Assembly (NCBI GenBank): GCA_964016885.1
Contig: CAXHJY010001561.1
Location: forward strand, 1-64,000
Length of the DNA: 64,000 nucleotides
Reading direction: 5' to 3'
Source: Eledone cirrhosa
Taxonomy: Eukaryota
Shown one piece after another: positions 1-11,780 of this stretch. Made by a program: the position numbers and the translations under genes. Below the pieces are notes generated by a model. That model worked only from the letters and a program-made list of their open reading frames with translations. It searched no databases and was not told the origin of the DNA. The first letter of the stretch is position 1. The number at the start of each line of letters is the position of its first letter.

Positions 1-184
1 CCCTGTCCCCCTTTCTCTCTTTCTCATCAATTTACTCCTGTCTCTATTCCATCATTTCATCGACCTCCCAAAGGGATTCATTCATACAATGTCACCAATT
101 CTTACAACAGAGAACTGTACGTCATTATAGTATCTATGTCAAGCTGGGAATAGAAACACAGCTCTTAGGATTCTAAAGTTTGTC

Positions 185-385
185 TCAAACCCGGAGGCTC
201 ATCAGGCTGGTGTTTATGCCGGTTTCAGAGGCGTGAAGCGACTGAGAGTACAAGGCTCCCTCCTGAGCAGGACGCCAGTCCATCGCAAGGTTAAACTCCC
301 AGCTATTTCCGGTATTCGTTTTCAGTTGAGAATACTGGATCATAAAATGAAGTGTTTTGCTGAAGAACACCACACACAACCCCGT
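185..385 (-). mobile_element. tRNA-derived SINE, family B (partial)
   Basis: Reverse complement aligns with 11030-11260, sharing ccttgcgatggactggcgtcctg and cagtcgcttcacgcc. Confidence 0.7.
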
Positions 386-719
386 CTACACATCCATGTC
401 AATATATATTTATTTATAAAATAATGTTAAGGGCCTTTAACTCCTGATGTAATCATAAGGACAGTCATGGGCATTTTAAACTTGGCAGAGTCTATTCCTC
501 TCTAGATTAGAACATAGCCGAATTTTTTTCCAGAGAAAGTGAGAATCGAACCCAGTACTGGACTAATACTTTAATTATCGACCTAGAAAGGATGAAAGAC
601 AAAATTGACCTCAGCAAGATTTAAACTCAGAGTACAGTGAGCCGGAAAAAAACACCAAAATATTTATTTATCGGCCGCCATAACGGCTCTACCAATTCAC
701 CGCCTTTATTTATTCCTAC

Positions 720-905
720 AGGCGGTGGATTGGCAGTATCGGTAGAGGGTCGGACGCCATGCTTTCCAGCATAGTTACGTCCCTTTACGATCTGAGTTCA
801 AATCCCGCCGAGGTTGACTTTGCCTTTCATCCTTACGGGGTCGATAAAATAAAGTACCAGTAATGCACTGGGTAATTTGCTGGCCTTGTGCCTAAAGTAG
901 AAACA
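720..905 (+). mobile_element. tRNA-derived SINE, family A (MetaSINE-like central domain), full length
   Basis: Has an A box (tggcagtatcgg), a B box (gttcaaatccc) and the central ctttgcctttcatccttacggggtcgataaaataaagtacc. A 15-bp TSD tttatttattcctac lies at 705-719 and 906-920. More than 20 related copies occur in the window. Confidence 0.85.
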
Positions 906-1099
906 TTTATTTATTCCTACCGTCAGATTATTTCCTTTTTTGGCTCGTCAAATCTAGAATTTGTTTTCAAATATGACTGAGATCGACTTAGTGCAAATCC
1001 CATCTGATAGTGAATATGAAAATCTATCCAGGCCTATGACTGTACTTACGATAAAGGTGTTAATGATAAATGAGCCTTATCACGTAATCACACACACCA

Positions 1100-1516
1100 A
1101 CTCTCTACCTATCTCTTTCTCTCTCTCCCACTTTCTTTCTCTCTTTATTTCTTTCTTTCTCTCTCTCTCTCTCTGTCTATTTATCTATGTTCCACTCTCT
1201 TTCTCTCTCTCCCACTTTCTTTCTCTCTTTATTTCTTTCTTTCTCTCTCTCTCTGTCTATTTATCTATGTTCCACTCTCTTTCTCTCTCTCCCACTTTCT
1301 TTCTTTCACTCTCTATCTATCTATTTATCTATGTTCCACTCTCTTTCTCTATCTAACTATCTATGTTCCACTCTCTTTCTCTCTCTCCCACTTTCTTTCT
1401 TTCACTATCCCTTTCACTCTCCCTTTCCCCTCTCTCTTTCTTTCTTTCACTCTCTCTTTCTCTATATATCTATCTATGTTCCAGTCTCTTTCTCTCTAGA
1501 TATCTTTCACTCCCTC

Positions 1517-1547
<31 letters not shown>

Positions 1548-1555
1548 CTCCCTTT
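1100..1555. repeat. CT-rich compound microsatellite/minisatellite
   Basis: Recurrent tatctatgttccactctctttctctctctcccactttc units. Confidence 0.85.
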
Positions 1556-1729
1556 CTTACTATTTTCTTCTCCCAGTTATTCAGTCAGCCTCATTACGCG
1601 CGAATACATATAAACATACAAATACTTACATGTATATAGAGAGACACATACACATATTTATATATATATATAAATATATGTGTAGGTGTAGGTGTGTGTG
1701 TGGGTATGTGGGTGTGTGGGTGTGTGCAT

Positions 1730-2077
1730 GTGCGTATTTATGTACCGATGGATAGTTAGATGGATTGAGGGATGTACGTGTCCATGTATGTATGTAAGAG
1801 TTATGTATGTATGTATGCATGTATGTATGTATGTAGATATGTATGTATGTAAATATGCATGTATGCATGTACGTAGATATGTATGCATTCATGTATGTAT
1901 GTATGTATACATATATGTATACATACATACATGAATGCATACATATCTACGTACATGCATACATGCATATTTACATACATACATACATACATACATGCAT
2001 ACATACCTCTTACATACATACATGCACACGTACATCCCTCAATCCATCTAACTATCCATCGGTACATAAATACGCAC
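1730..2077. repeat. Spacerless inverted duplication (palindrome) centred at 1913/1914
   Basis: gtgcgtatttatgtaccgatggatag... at 1730 is mirrored by ...ctatccatcggtacataaatacgcac ending at 2077. The centre is gtatacatatatgtatac. Confidence 0.85.
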
Positions 2078-2083
2078 TCTTGA

Positions 2084-2603
2084 GTGCTACTGGTAACATG
2101 TAACCCAGTACAACCTGTCGCATGGTCGGGCCGTCGGCGAATAAACCAGCAACTCCACCAAGTTTACTTGGTGAGGAGAGTGATTTTGGACACCCTGCAG
2201 GACAAAAAACAAAACCTGACAAAGGCGGAAGAACTCATAAGAGTCAAGGGCCATCCAAAAGTGTGTAAATATATATATACACATGTACCGCGCGGTTAAA
2301 CCATTGGGAGTGAAGGACCCCTAGCCTTTGTCAGGGCATTTTTCTAGGAGAATGCAACTCAGGAAACTGGGATAACCGCGATATAAAACCTGCGGCTCAG
2401 TAGTTACCGATGATGTTGATCTTTTCTTCTTTTCAGGTTATAGCTACTGTCGCTCAGAGAGTGGGATTGGCTCAGTGCACAGTCTTTCCTCACTTTAAAA
2501 AATATATTCACGCACAGGCATTGCACGATAGAATTAATTAATAATTATTAATAATGGTATATCGTGCAATGGCCATACTCGATAACGAGGGGGCAGCCAT
2601 CAT
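2084..2603 (+). mobile_element. RTE-derived non-autonomous retroelement with (ATGT)n tail
   Basis: Homologous to 3225-3680(-), 26470-26745(-), 28670-28985(+), 35310-35435(+) and 58370-58410(+). Ends ...gagggggcagccatc(atgt)n. Confidence 0.65.
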
Positions 2604-3224
2604 GTATGTATGTAGATATGTATGTATGTATCTATACATGTATATATGTATATATCTATACATGTATGTATGTATATATCTATGTACGTATGTACATATG
2701 TATGTATATATGTATATGTATTGTGTGTGCCGCAGTTTCTCAGTACATCTCATAACTTCCTTCGCATATTTTCAGTATTGTGTCAGATATATTTTCTATT
2801 TATATATATTCAATGAACATCTGTAAATTGAACTCCATCGCCTGCTCCTCGTGTACAGATGGCACCTAAAACATGACCAGCCCCCAGCTTCTGTCAGTGT
2901 CTATAGAACCTACATTATCTATCAGAGCTCACCACCTTTTCACTAAATAACCCAAATATCTATAAAATAACATTCTAACGCGCACGCATACATACATACA
3001 TACATACATACATACATACATACATACATACATACATACATACATACATACATACATACATACATACCTGCACACACATGAATGCATTCAAACATGCATA
3101 CATATCTACCTAGTTGATGTTGTGTAAATTCCAATGAGAGAGTCTTGTGTCTATGTTAGAAACCGACTCTCTCTCTCTCTATAGGTAAACATTTTATAAA
3201 ATGTTTAAACCAGAAAAACATACA

Positions 3225-3676
3225 TACATACATGGTGGCTGCCAACTCGTTTTTAAGTACGGCCACTACATTATATCCATGTAGGAGAACCCCTACCGAT
3301 GCGCTGAACAAGTGTGACTTTTTAGTTCAGCCAGCGACTTGACAACTCTGGTACAAACACTACACTTGTAACAATTATTGACATAGTGCTGGGCCCATGG
3401 TACCATGTGACGACAAGTGCAGAGAGATCTCCAGATATAAAGCAATGCCTGTGCCGTGAAGCTTTTATAGTGAGCAAAGGCACTGCACAAAGCCAGTCCC
3501 ACTCTCTTAACCAAGATGATATTTACCAACAAGAAGAACAAGTCAACATCATTGGATACCATCAGGGTTGCAGGTGTTATATCAGAGTTTTCCTTCTCCT
3601 AGAATTCTGCCTTGACAAAAGCTAAGGGGTCATCTCTCCCGGTGATTTTGGATGGCCATTGACTCTAAAGAGCTCC

Positions 3677-3680
<4 letters not shown>
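3225..3680 (-). mobile_element. RTE-derived element retaining a C-terminal C2H2-like relic
   Basis: ORF 3293..3562 ends YKCSVCTRVVKSLAELKSHTCSAHR*, resembling the CxxC...SxxGLxSH C-terminus of RTE ORFs. The 5' part contains ctaggagaaggaaaactctg and the tail is (ATGT)n. Confidence 0.65.
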
Positions 3681-3708
<28 letters not shown>

Positions 3709-3776
3709 CATACATACAGACAGACAGACAGAAGCTCCAGAGTGAGAGTAATATAGATAAAGAAAGTACTTGGCAT

Positions 3777-3940
3777 GTCGATTAAATCGCCCCAGTGCAT
3801 TACTGGTACTTTATTTTATCGACCCCGTAGGGATAAAAGGCAAAGCCAGGCTTGGCGGTATTTGAAATCAGAACGTAAAGGACCATAACTATATTACGCA
3901 AAGCATGTTGTCTGACGCTCTACCGATTCTGCCAATCCCT
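3777..3940 (-). mobile_element. SINE family A, diverged
   Basis: Contains ctggtactttattttatcgaccccgtagggataaaaggcaaag. Confidence 0.75.
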
Positions 3941-4029
3941 GGTATTATTTATTTCCTTTCTAGCAATCCCCAGGGTATTTCAACACGTTACTAAAAACTA
4001 GTGAATATTTCAGTTATAAAGAGTTAGTT

Positions 4030-4235
4030 AACTACACACCACTCGACCTCGTGTGTCACACTAATTTCACATCCTCTCGTCCCCTACACTCTGTTGACAC
4101 TCCCACAATTTGCACTAGCCACAAATACCAATTCTTTCTCCGCAGAATCTCAACCCGTTGGGATTCCATTCCCACCCAGATTTTTCCTGCAGACATCGAT
4201 ATTTCAAATTGAAGTCAAACAGTATCGATCTCAGC
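4030..4235 (+). mobile_element. Decayed LINE (L2/CR1/Jockey-type) 3' coding end
   Basis: Translates to ...HKYQFFLRRISTRWDSIPTQIFP..., like the FF.R...WNSLP..VFP C-terminal motif. Confidence 0.5.
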
Positions 4236-5404
4236 AGTCGCATAATGTATGCAGAAGCCATAACTAAACCTTAAAAAACTTGGTCCCACAAAATCATGCA
4301 TCTAACTTAAAGCACTTGATTTTATTAATACATAGGGAGGAAATTTATCCATGGCTCAATGGAGGCTAATTAGACATTTTACTCTAAGGAGGCACGTAAT
4401 ACCCTCAGCGCCCCCAACACTATTTCCAGAGAGACCTGCCTACACGAAAATTGTAGATTCGAACGACAGACCTCCTTAGCTTATTGTCTGTAACCTCGAT
4501 CAATTTGAACACCTGTCCTTTTTAATAGATTAAGCTAAAGCTGCATAAACCAAAGCAAAACAAAACGCTTTGCAATCTGATAAAAATCAGAATTTATGCA
4601 CACACGAAACCTGGTGAGTGTTGTAGAGATACACGAAGTTAAAATTTCTGATTATAACGATTTTACAATTCTTGCTTCATTGATACATTGAGAAAATTAT
4701 GAACGTCCCACGGTCACATTTCCGCTTCTCTTTAACCTATGCTTATGTAAGAAATCAATATAAGACTTTGAGAAAGAAAAAGAAAGAAAGCAGTAAAACT
4801 GGACAGTGTTTTACAGGTAATAAAGGCATTACTTGTCTGTTTGTTGTTTTATTCTCTCTCTGTGCTGCTATCATTTCAAGTATGAAATAGTTGATGTGGA
4901 AAGATGAGATTTGATTCGTCCTAGAGAGTAAATGTGTTCACATCTACAACACCTTTATTGTTCTTTTCAAGTGAAACGAATTAGAGAGTGACACGAGTGG
5001 GCGGATGTGTTGAAAAAAGAATCCAAAGATGTCATTGAGTATATCATTCAATACGACAAATGCTTTACACCCGAACATCCTAATGTTAATATCAAACACC
5101 CGAGACATGAATACCCTAAGATTTATATATCTAGGACATGTTAATCACAGGAAATAAAAATGCTAATAGTGGTTACAATTTAGAATACAAGTAGGCAATA
5201 TTATTCACTAAACGGGCATCAAAAAAGAATAAATTATATCTAGTAGGCTACATCTGGTTGAGTTTATTAATATTTTGGTCGAAGTTGTAATATTATGACC
5301 AAAGTGTCTCAAGTTACTATTGTATCTCTGTCTTTGGTAAGTATACTAAATATACTTAACTCTAAATAATCCCTTCTACAAAGCTGCAATGGTAACAAGT
5401 ATAT

Positions 5405-6055
5405 ACGGCTTTTGTTAAGAAATTGGCTTTGCAGCATGTGGTTCCGTGTTCGATCCTATTGCACACATTACTTTCAGCATGTGGTCTGTACCATAGCCTC
5501 GGGCTGACCAATGTCTCGGAAAAGGAATTTGGTAGACGAAAACTAGGCGGAAGTCCGCCGCATATGTTTAATTCTTCCCACGAAAATATTAAAGGCTAAT
5601 CTGATCTCGGCGGGATTTGAACACGTAACGCAGAGAACCGGAAATAATACCACAAGACATTCTATCCAATGCTCTAAAGATTCTACCAGTTCACCCTTAC
5701 ATAACCAATAGGGTATGGAGCTCCGTTGATTTCGACGGTGAGTGTTTCAGTTGTTCGGAGCAGCCCATTCACGAAAATAACGTGTGAGAGGTTGAGCATT
5801 CTACACACAAACATACCCCTTAACGTAATTCTCAGGGAGATTCAGCGTGACACAGTGTGATAAGACTGACACTTTAACTTACAGATACAGTCACCCGACG
5901 GGCTTCCAAACATATTCCGTCTTCCCAGTTTCACTAACAAGGCAGGAGTCGATCCGTGGCTATGGTAAATACCACTTCTCTAAGATGCCACGCAGTGAGA
6001 TCGAACCCGGGACCTGAAGATTGCGAAGCGAAATTCTTAACCATTCGACTAAGTT
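5405..6055. mobile_element. Cluster of older SINEs (family C at 5405-5560 + and 5893-6055 -; family D at 5715-5890 +)
   Basis: Family C (ggtagacgaaaact...gaagtccg) recurs at 14780-14920 and 37165-37295. Family D (aacgtaattctcagggagattcagcg) recurs at 37000-37160 and 53410-53580. Confidence 0.6.
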
Positions 6056-6634
6056 GCATCTAGACCAGAGGTTCTGAAAGTGGCCGCTACCACCATTATT
6101 GAGAATCTTATCTTTATGTTTCAAAAATTGTGAGATACATTAGATTAACATCATCATACACTTGATAGTTAAAGGTCTAGACTGATATTAAGTCACGTGT
6201 TTTACATGTTTATATATACGTGTAGAATATGTAACCATTTTCTACAGAAACTCTTCTTTTGGTGACATCCATTACAAAATAACAATAGGCTATATCAATG
6301 TGTCTCCTCATTTCACGATATTTCGTATTTCTCCATTTAAAAAAAACCCAAAACAAGCATTATAAGTAGTTCCTCACTCTCAAAAGTGTTTTAGTATATT
6401 ACTACATTTACATACCTGCTAATGTCTAAAGACCCAAACGGGGAGTACCATGAAAAAAAATGCCCCTTGTTTTCTTTAGCCCCAGGTCAGCTTAAACGAT
6501 TTGATCCATGATCGAAAATATACCAACTGCGACTATCCTGTCTGTTTATTTTTTCTAGAAAATGTGCCTAGGATTACATTATCTAATGTCTCTATCATTT
6601 CTTAAGATAGTAGGATGTGATGTGAGTGATATAT

Positions 6635-7028
6635 ACAGACCTGTTAATCTCTAAAAACCCTAACGGGGAGTACCATGAAAAAAAGTTCCACAAAACGGGG
6701 AGAAATGAGGCAAAATGGGGAGATTTTACATAATTGTTTCTTCTCTAGGCACAAGGCCAGCAATTATCCAGTGCATTACTGGTACTTTATTTTATCGACC
6801 CCGTAAGGATGAAAGGCAAAGTCAAATCCCGCCGAGGTTGACTTTGCCTTTCATCCTTACGGGGTCGATAAAATAAAGTACCAGTAATGCACTGGATAAT
6901 TGCTGGCCTTGTGCCTAGAGAAGAAACAATTATGTAAAATCTCCCCATTTTGCCTCATTTCTCCCCGTTTTGTGGAACTTTTTTTCATGGTACTCCCCGT
7001 TAGGGTTTTTAGAGATTAACAGGTCTGT
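6635..7028. repeat. Perfect 191-bp-arm palindrome (MITE half plus SINE A 3' half) with 12-nt spacer
   Basis: Arms 6635-6825 and 6838-7028 are reverse complements. The spacer is atcccgccgagg. Confidence 0.9.
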
Positions 7029-7132
7029 TTTACATAATGAAAGCTATACCCATTTTCTCAAGAGAAGACATATCTCATCCCCCAAAGTGGGTAGGAGATC
7101 TCTCTGTCGGACGGGGCGAGTTGACAGGTCTG
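6636..7132. mobile_element. hAT-like MITE interrupted by a SINE and fold-back
   Basis: TIR cagacctgttaa / ttgacaggtctg. An intact copy lies at 34829-35023. Confidence 0.7.
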
Positions 7133-7485
7133 CATTTATATAATCAAATTCAACACTATGTAAGTAAAAAAATAATTAACAATGAAAATAGAAAGTCGCT
7201 CAATACAGTCCACGGTACAATGTTTTTTTTACTAAAATAGAATCTAAAATAGACCAAATTATTTTTAGTTCCTTCCCTTTGATTCTTAGTAATAAGCGGC
7301 AAAATGGCGGAGTGGATAAAACATTGGATAGAATGCTTTGTGACATATATTGACTGTCTGCGCTCTGAATTTAAACCCTGTTGAGGTCAACGTTGCCTTT
7401 CATATTTTCGAGGTCGATAAATAAAGACCAGTTTAGTACTGGAATCGATTCCTCCTTTATATCACCTTTTGATTTCTCTCTCATT

Positions 7486-7572
<87 letters not shown>

Positions 7573-7576
7573 TGCG

Positions 7577-7615
<39 letters not shown>

Positions 7616-8273
7616 GTATTCTCTATTTCCCTGAAATAGACTAGAGAGGGAGGGGCACCGCTAGGATTAAATACCCTAGACATTTATCTAACCACGGCAC
7701 CCATACGCCTACACCAGGAGTTACACAGAAAAAGGAGAAAAAATTCCCATTAATTTGATAGTATATGTTTAAGCGTCTCTATGTACAGTCGATCTTCGCT
7801 GTTTACGAGGTTTTAAGTGATCGAGAGATATTTCTCACCATGAAAGAGATGCAATTCTATCATCATATACTTTTATCCATGCATATATTTCAGAGCATCC
7901 TTGTAATCCAACAAAACATTCACCCTCAATGCAGTAATTCTTCTATAATAAACTGTACTTTTCCGTGTCTTCTATTTATTGCTACTTACAGCTTTCTTGT
8001 GTGGTTAGATTGGCCTGCTATTGAATAGGTTTGTTTAGTATCTCAAAGAGAGCATAAGCAGCTTATAATGAACTAAGTTATCTCAAAGTGTGATAGAAAG
8101 TAATGCAGAAGGAATTAAATAAGAAATATTTATTTGTCAATGAACAAAAGTATATCATTCAGACTGCATATACATAAATTGTAATAAAAACTGTACAATA
8201 CCATGGCAATAAAGAAACAAACAAAGTGTTCTACACTATCAGGGGTTAAAACTTTACCATATTAGAAATAATA

Positions 8274-8487
8274 GTTCCTGATTTAGGCACGAGGCCAACA
8301 ATTTGGGGAGAGGGGAAAGTCGATTAAACCGACCCCAGTGTGTTACTGGTACTTTATTTTATCGACCTCGTAAGGATAAAAGACAAAACTAACCGCGGCG
8401 GCAATTGAACTCAGAACGTAAAGGAACGTAACTATATTACGCAAAGTATGTTGTCTGGCGCTCTACCGATACTGGCAATCTACCGCA
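8274..8487 (-). mobile_element. SINE family A
   Basis: Central domain and B box (ttgaactcag) on the minus strand. Confidence 0.75.
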
Positions 8488-8506
8488 CTGACAATTTTAG
8501 AAACAA

Positions 8507-8907
8507 CTAGACCACCCGTGCCACTTTGAGTCACAGGTAGTCTAGTACTATATATAGAGTGAGAGGGTTATAATATATATAGAGTGAGAGGGTTATAATA
8601 TATATAGAGTGAGGGGGTTATGATATGTAGAAAGAGAGGTGGTTATAATATATAGAAAGAGGGGTGGTTATAATATATAGTGAGAGGGTTATAGGTTATC
8701 ACGGTGCTGTTGGCTATCTATGAAGGTACCCGGGAAAACGCCGTATCTCGGGAACCCGTGCACCGATTTACGCGAAACTTGTTTTATTCCATTTGTATTC
8801 CCATTTCAGGGGCAATGTCCTTTCAAAGTATTTTCCCATTATGCGCCGTTTTGGCTGTATTACATTACAGAAAAGCACACAATCACAGAGTTTTAGTAGT
8901 ATATAGC
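8507..8907 (-). mobile_element. Non-autonomous Helitron
   Basis: On the minus strand the 5' end matches A|TCTATATACTACTAAAACTCTG (TC intact in most repeat units; this first unit reads GC). The 3' end is a hairpin (cctgtgac..gtggcacggg) followed by CTAG|T at 8507. Internal ~28-30 bp tandem repeats lie at 8548-8695. Confidence 0.65.
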
Positions 8908-10143
8908 TAAAATAGGATGTTGAATCACAGAGTTTTAGTAGTATATAGATAAAATAGGATGTTGAATCACAGAGTTTTAGTAGTATATAGATAAAATAGG
9001 ATGTTGAATCACAGAGTTTTAGTAGTATATAGATAAAATAGGGTGTTGAATCACAGAGTTTTAGTAGTATATAGATAAAATAGGGTGTTGAATGACAGAG
9101 TTTTAGTAGTATATAGATAAAATAGGGTGTTGAATGACAGAGTTTTAGTAGTATATAGATAAAATAGGATGTTGAATCACAGAGTTTTAGTAGTATATAG
9201 ATAAAATAGGATGTTGAATCACGGAGTTTTAGTAGTATATAGATAAAATAGGGTGTTGAATCACAGAGTTTTAGTAGTATATAGATAAAATAGGATGTTG
9301 AATCACAGAGTTTTAGTAGTATATAGATAAAATAGGGTGTTGAATCACAGAGTTTTAGTAGTATATAGATAAAATAGGATGTTGAATCACGGAGTTTTAG
9401 TAGTATATAGATAAAATAGGGTGTTGAATCACAGAGTTTTAGTAGTATATAGATAAAATAGGATGTTGAATCACAGAGTTTTAGTAGTATATAGATAAAA
9501 TAGGGTGTTGAATGATAGAGTTTTAGTAGTATATAGATAAAATAGGGTGTTGAATGACAGAGTTTTAGTAGTATATAGATAAAATAGGATGTTGAATGAC
9601 AGAGTTTTAGTAGTATATAGATAAAATAGGGTGTTGAATCACAGAGTTTTAGTAGCATATAGATAAAATAGGATGTTGAATCACAGAGTTTTAGTAGTAT
9701 ATAGATAAAATAGGGTGTTGAATGACAGAGTTTTAGTAGTATATAGATAAAATAGGATGTTGAATGACAGAGTTTTAGTAGTATATAGATAAAATAGGAT
9801 GTTGAATCACAGAGTTTTAGTAGTATATAGATAAAATAGGATGTTGAATGACAGAGTTTTAGTAGTATATAGATAAAATAGGATGTTGAATCACAGAGTT
9901 TTAGTAGTATATAGATAAAATAGGATGTTGAATGACAGAGTTTTAGTAGTATATAGATAAAATAGGATGTTGAATGACAGAGTTTTAGTAGTATATAGAT
10001 AAAATAGGATGTTGAATGACAGAGTTTTAGTAGTATATAGATAAAATAGGATGTTGAATGACAGAGTTTTAGTAGTATATAGATAAAATAGGATGTTGAA
10101 TCACAGAGTTTTAGTAGTATATAAATAAAATAGGATGTTGAAT
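8881..10143. repeat. 42-bp minisatellite, about 30 units
   Basis: Unit aat(c/g)acagagttttagtagtatatagataaaatagg(a/g)tgttg. Confidence 0.97.
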
Positions 10144-10487
10144 TATTCAAGCATCTCTAAAGATCATTAGTAGTGTTAAGGAAGAGAAATGGATTCATCC
10201 GTGAGTGGATTGTAAATCGTTACTCCACTAAATGAAATTCACGTCTTACACTAAGCTACACAACCGTCTTCTAATAAAACTAATCGTAAATAAAAACTTT
10301 CTGATTTTCACTGAAAACCTTTTCATTGAATTTGAGGTGGGAGGTGTAGTTCTTAATATAATGATGGGGGAGTATTTTTCACACGACCTTTTTTTTTTAT
10401 TCTATCGTAAACCGTTTCAGTGCAGATGTATTTGCCTTTACTTATCGGGTCAGTTGATAGGGTTCATTGAGGGTTTATTTATAGGTA

Positions 10488-10552
<65 letters not shown>

Positions 10553-10691
10553 GTGATGAGTGTGTGTGTGTGGGAGAGAGAAAGTGTGTGTGTGTGTGTG
10601 TGTGTATGTGTGTGTGTGTGGTTTGTAGCTGCTTGAAAATAAAATTTACAAGCCTGTTTCTTCATCAAAACAGATGTGTGGGTGTGAATGT

Positions 10692-10724
<33 letters not shown>

Positions 10725-11029
10725 GTGAGTGAGTGGATGTGAATGTGGGGCGTATATGTGGGTGGGTGTCTGTATGTGCGTATCTGTATGTGCGTGTCTG
10801 TGTGAGTGTGTGTGTGTGTCTGTGTGTTTGTGTGTGTTATTTTATAGATAGATTGTAGGTCACATTCACTTTTACTTCCTGCCAACTGTGTATATGATAG
10901 TGTAACCCTATTTTATTCTTTAGGGTAAACAAAAATCACGAATTAAAACTGATCAAAAATCACGTCCAATAATCACTTTATAAAGCGAATTAAATATACG
11001 TATAGTAACATAGGACACGTGCCTCCACG

Positions 11030-11260
11030 ATCATAATGTCGTGGGTTCGATTCCTGAGTTGCGTGTTGTGTTCTTGAACAAAACACTTCATTTCACGTTG
11101 CTCCAGTATACTCAGCTGAAAATGAGTACCAGCAATATCTGGAGGTTTAACCCTGCGATGGACTGGCGTCCTGTCCAGGGGGGAGTCTTGTACTCTCAGT
11201 CGCTTCACGCCATGAAACCGGGATAAGCACCGGCCAAATGAGCCTTCTGGCTTAAGACAG
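11030..11260 (+). mobile_element. tRNA-derived SINE, family B
   Basis: B box gggttcgattcc, CORE-like ttgtgttcttgaacaaaacacttc and ccctgcgatggactggcgtcctgtccagggg. Confidence 0.75.
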
Positions 11261-11444
11261 ACTTTAGACTTAGATTGTAACATAACACGTAGATTTGTAT
11301 ATCTGCGCTGATCTGCGCTGAGTGTAACTATTTGAATATTAATCGATCCTGCATGAATTCGAACTCGGTAGATAAAAGAATGCCACTGCAAAGCATCTTG
11401 TTTTGCATTCATTCGTTTCTGGCCATTCACTCATTGCGCTGACG

Positions 11445-11780
11445 CAGAGGTTCTCTAAGTGGGCGCTAAACGAGGCATTGAGAAGGTCCGGGGATTATAG
11501 GATTATATAGTAAATATCAAAGCTAATTTTCAAAACAACGTATGTTATATATAAATGATATATATTATATATAAATATAGTAAGATTAAAAAATATATAT
11601 AATATTTATTTATACATAGTATATATTATATTATTTATTATATATCAATTAAAGATTTTATTTATTATATATTATTTACAATTTGCATGTAGGCAGGTCT
11701 TTCTGGAAATAGGAGTGGGGGAGCTGAGAGTAATACGTGGCCGTGTCGAGGAGGGGGGGGGGGTAGTTTGAGAACCTCTG
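11445..11780. mobile_element. hAT (Charlie-like) MITE
   Basis: TIR cagaggttctc / gagaacctctg with an 8-bp TSD cgctgacg / cgctaacg. Confidence 0.8.

Noticed and set aside
720-812. tRNA gene (A and B boxes)
   Set aside because: It is a SINE head: no cloverleaf, followed by a SINE body and a TSD.
3125-3200. Hammerhead-like ccaatga...gaaaccg (also 27320-27385)
   Set aside because: The core deviates at conserved positions and the stems do not close. It is a repeat family only.
8768-10150. 460-aa ORF, or a CRISPR-like array
   Set aside because: It is a 42-bp (14-codon) tandem repeat with no unique spacers and no cas genes. The open frame follows from the unit length.
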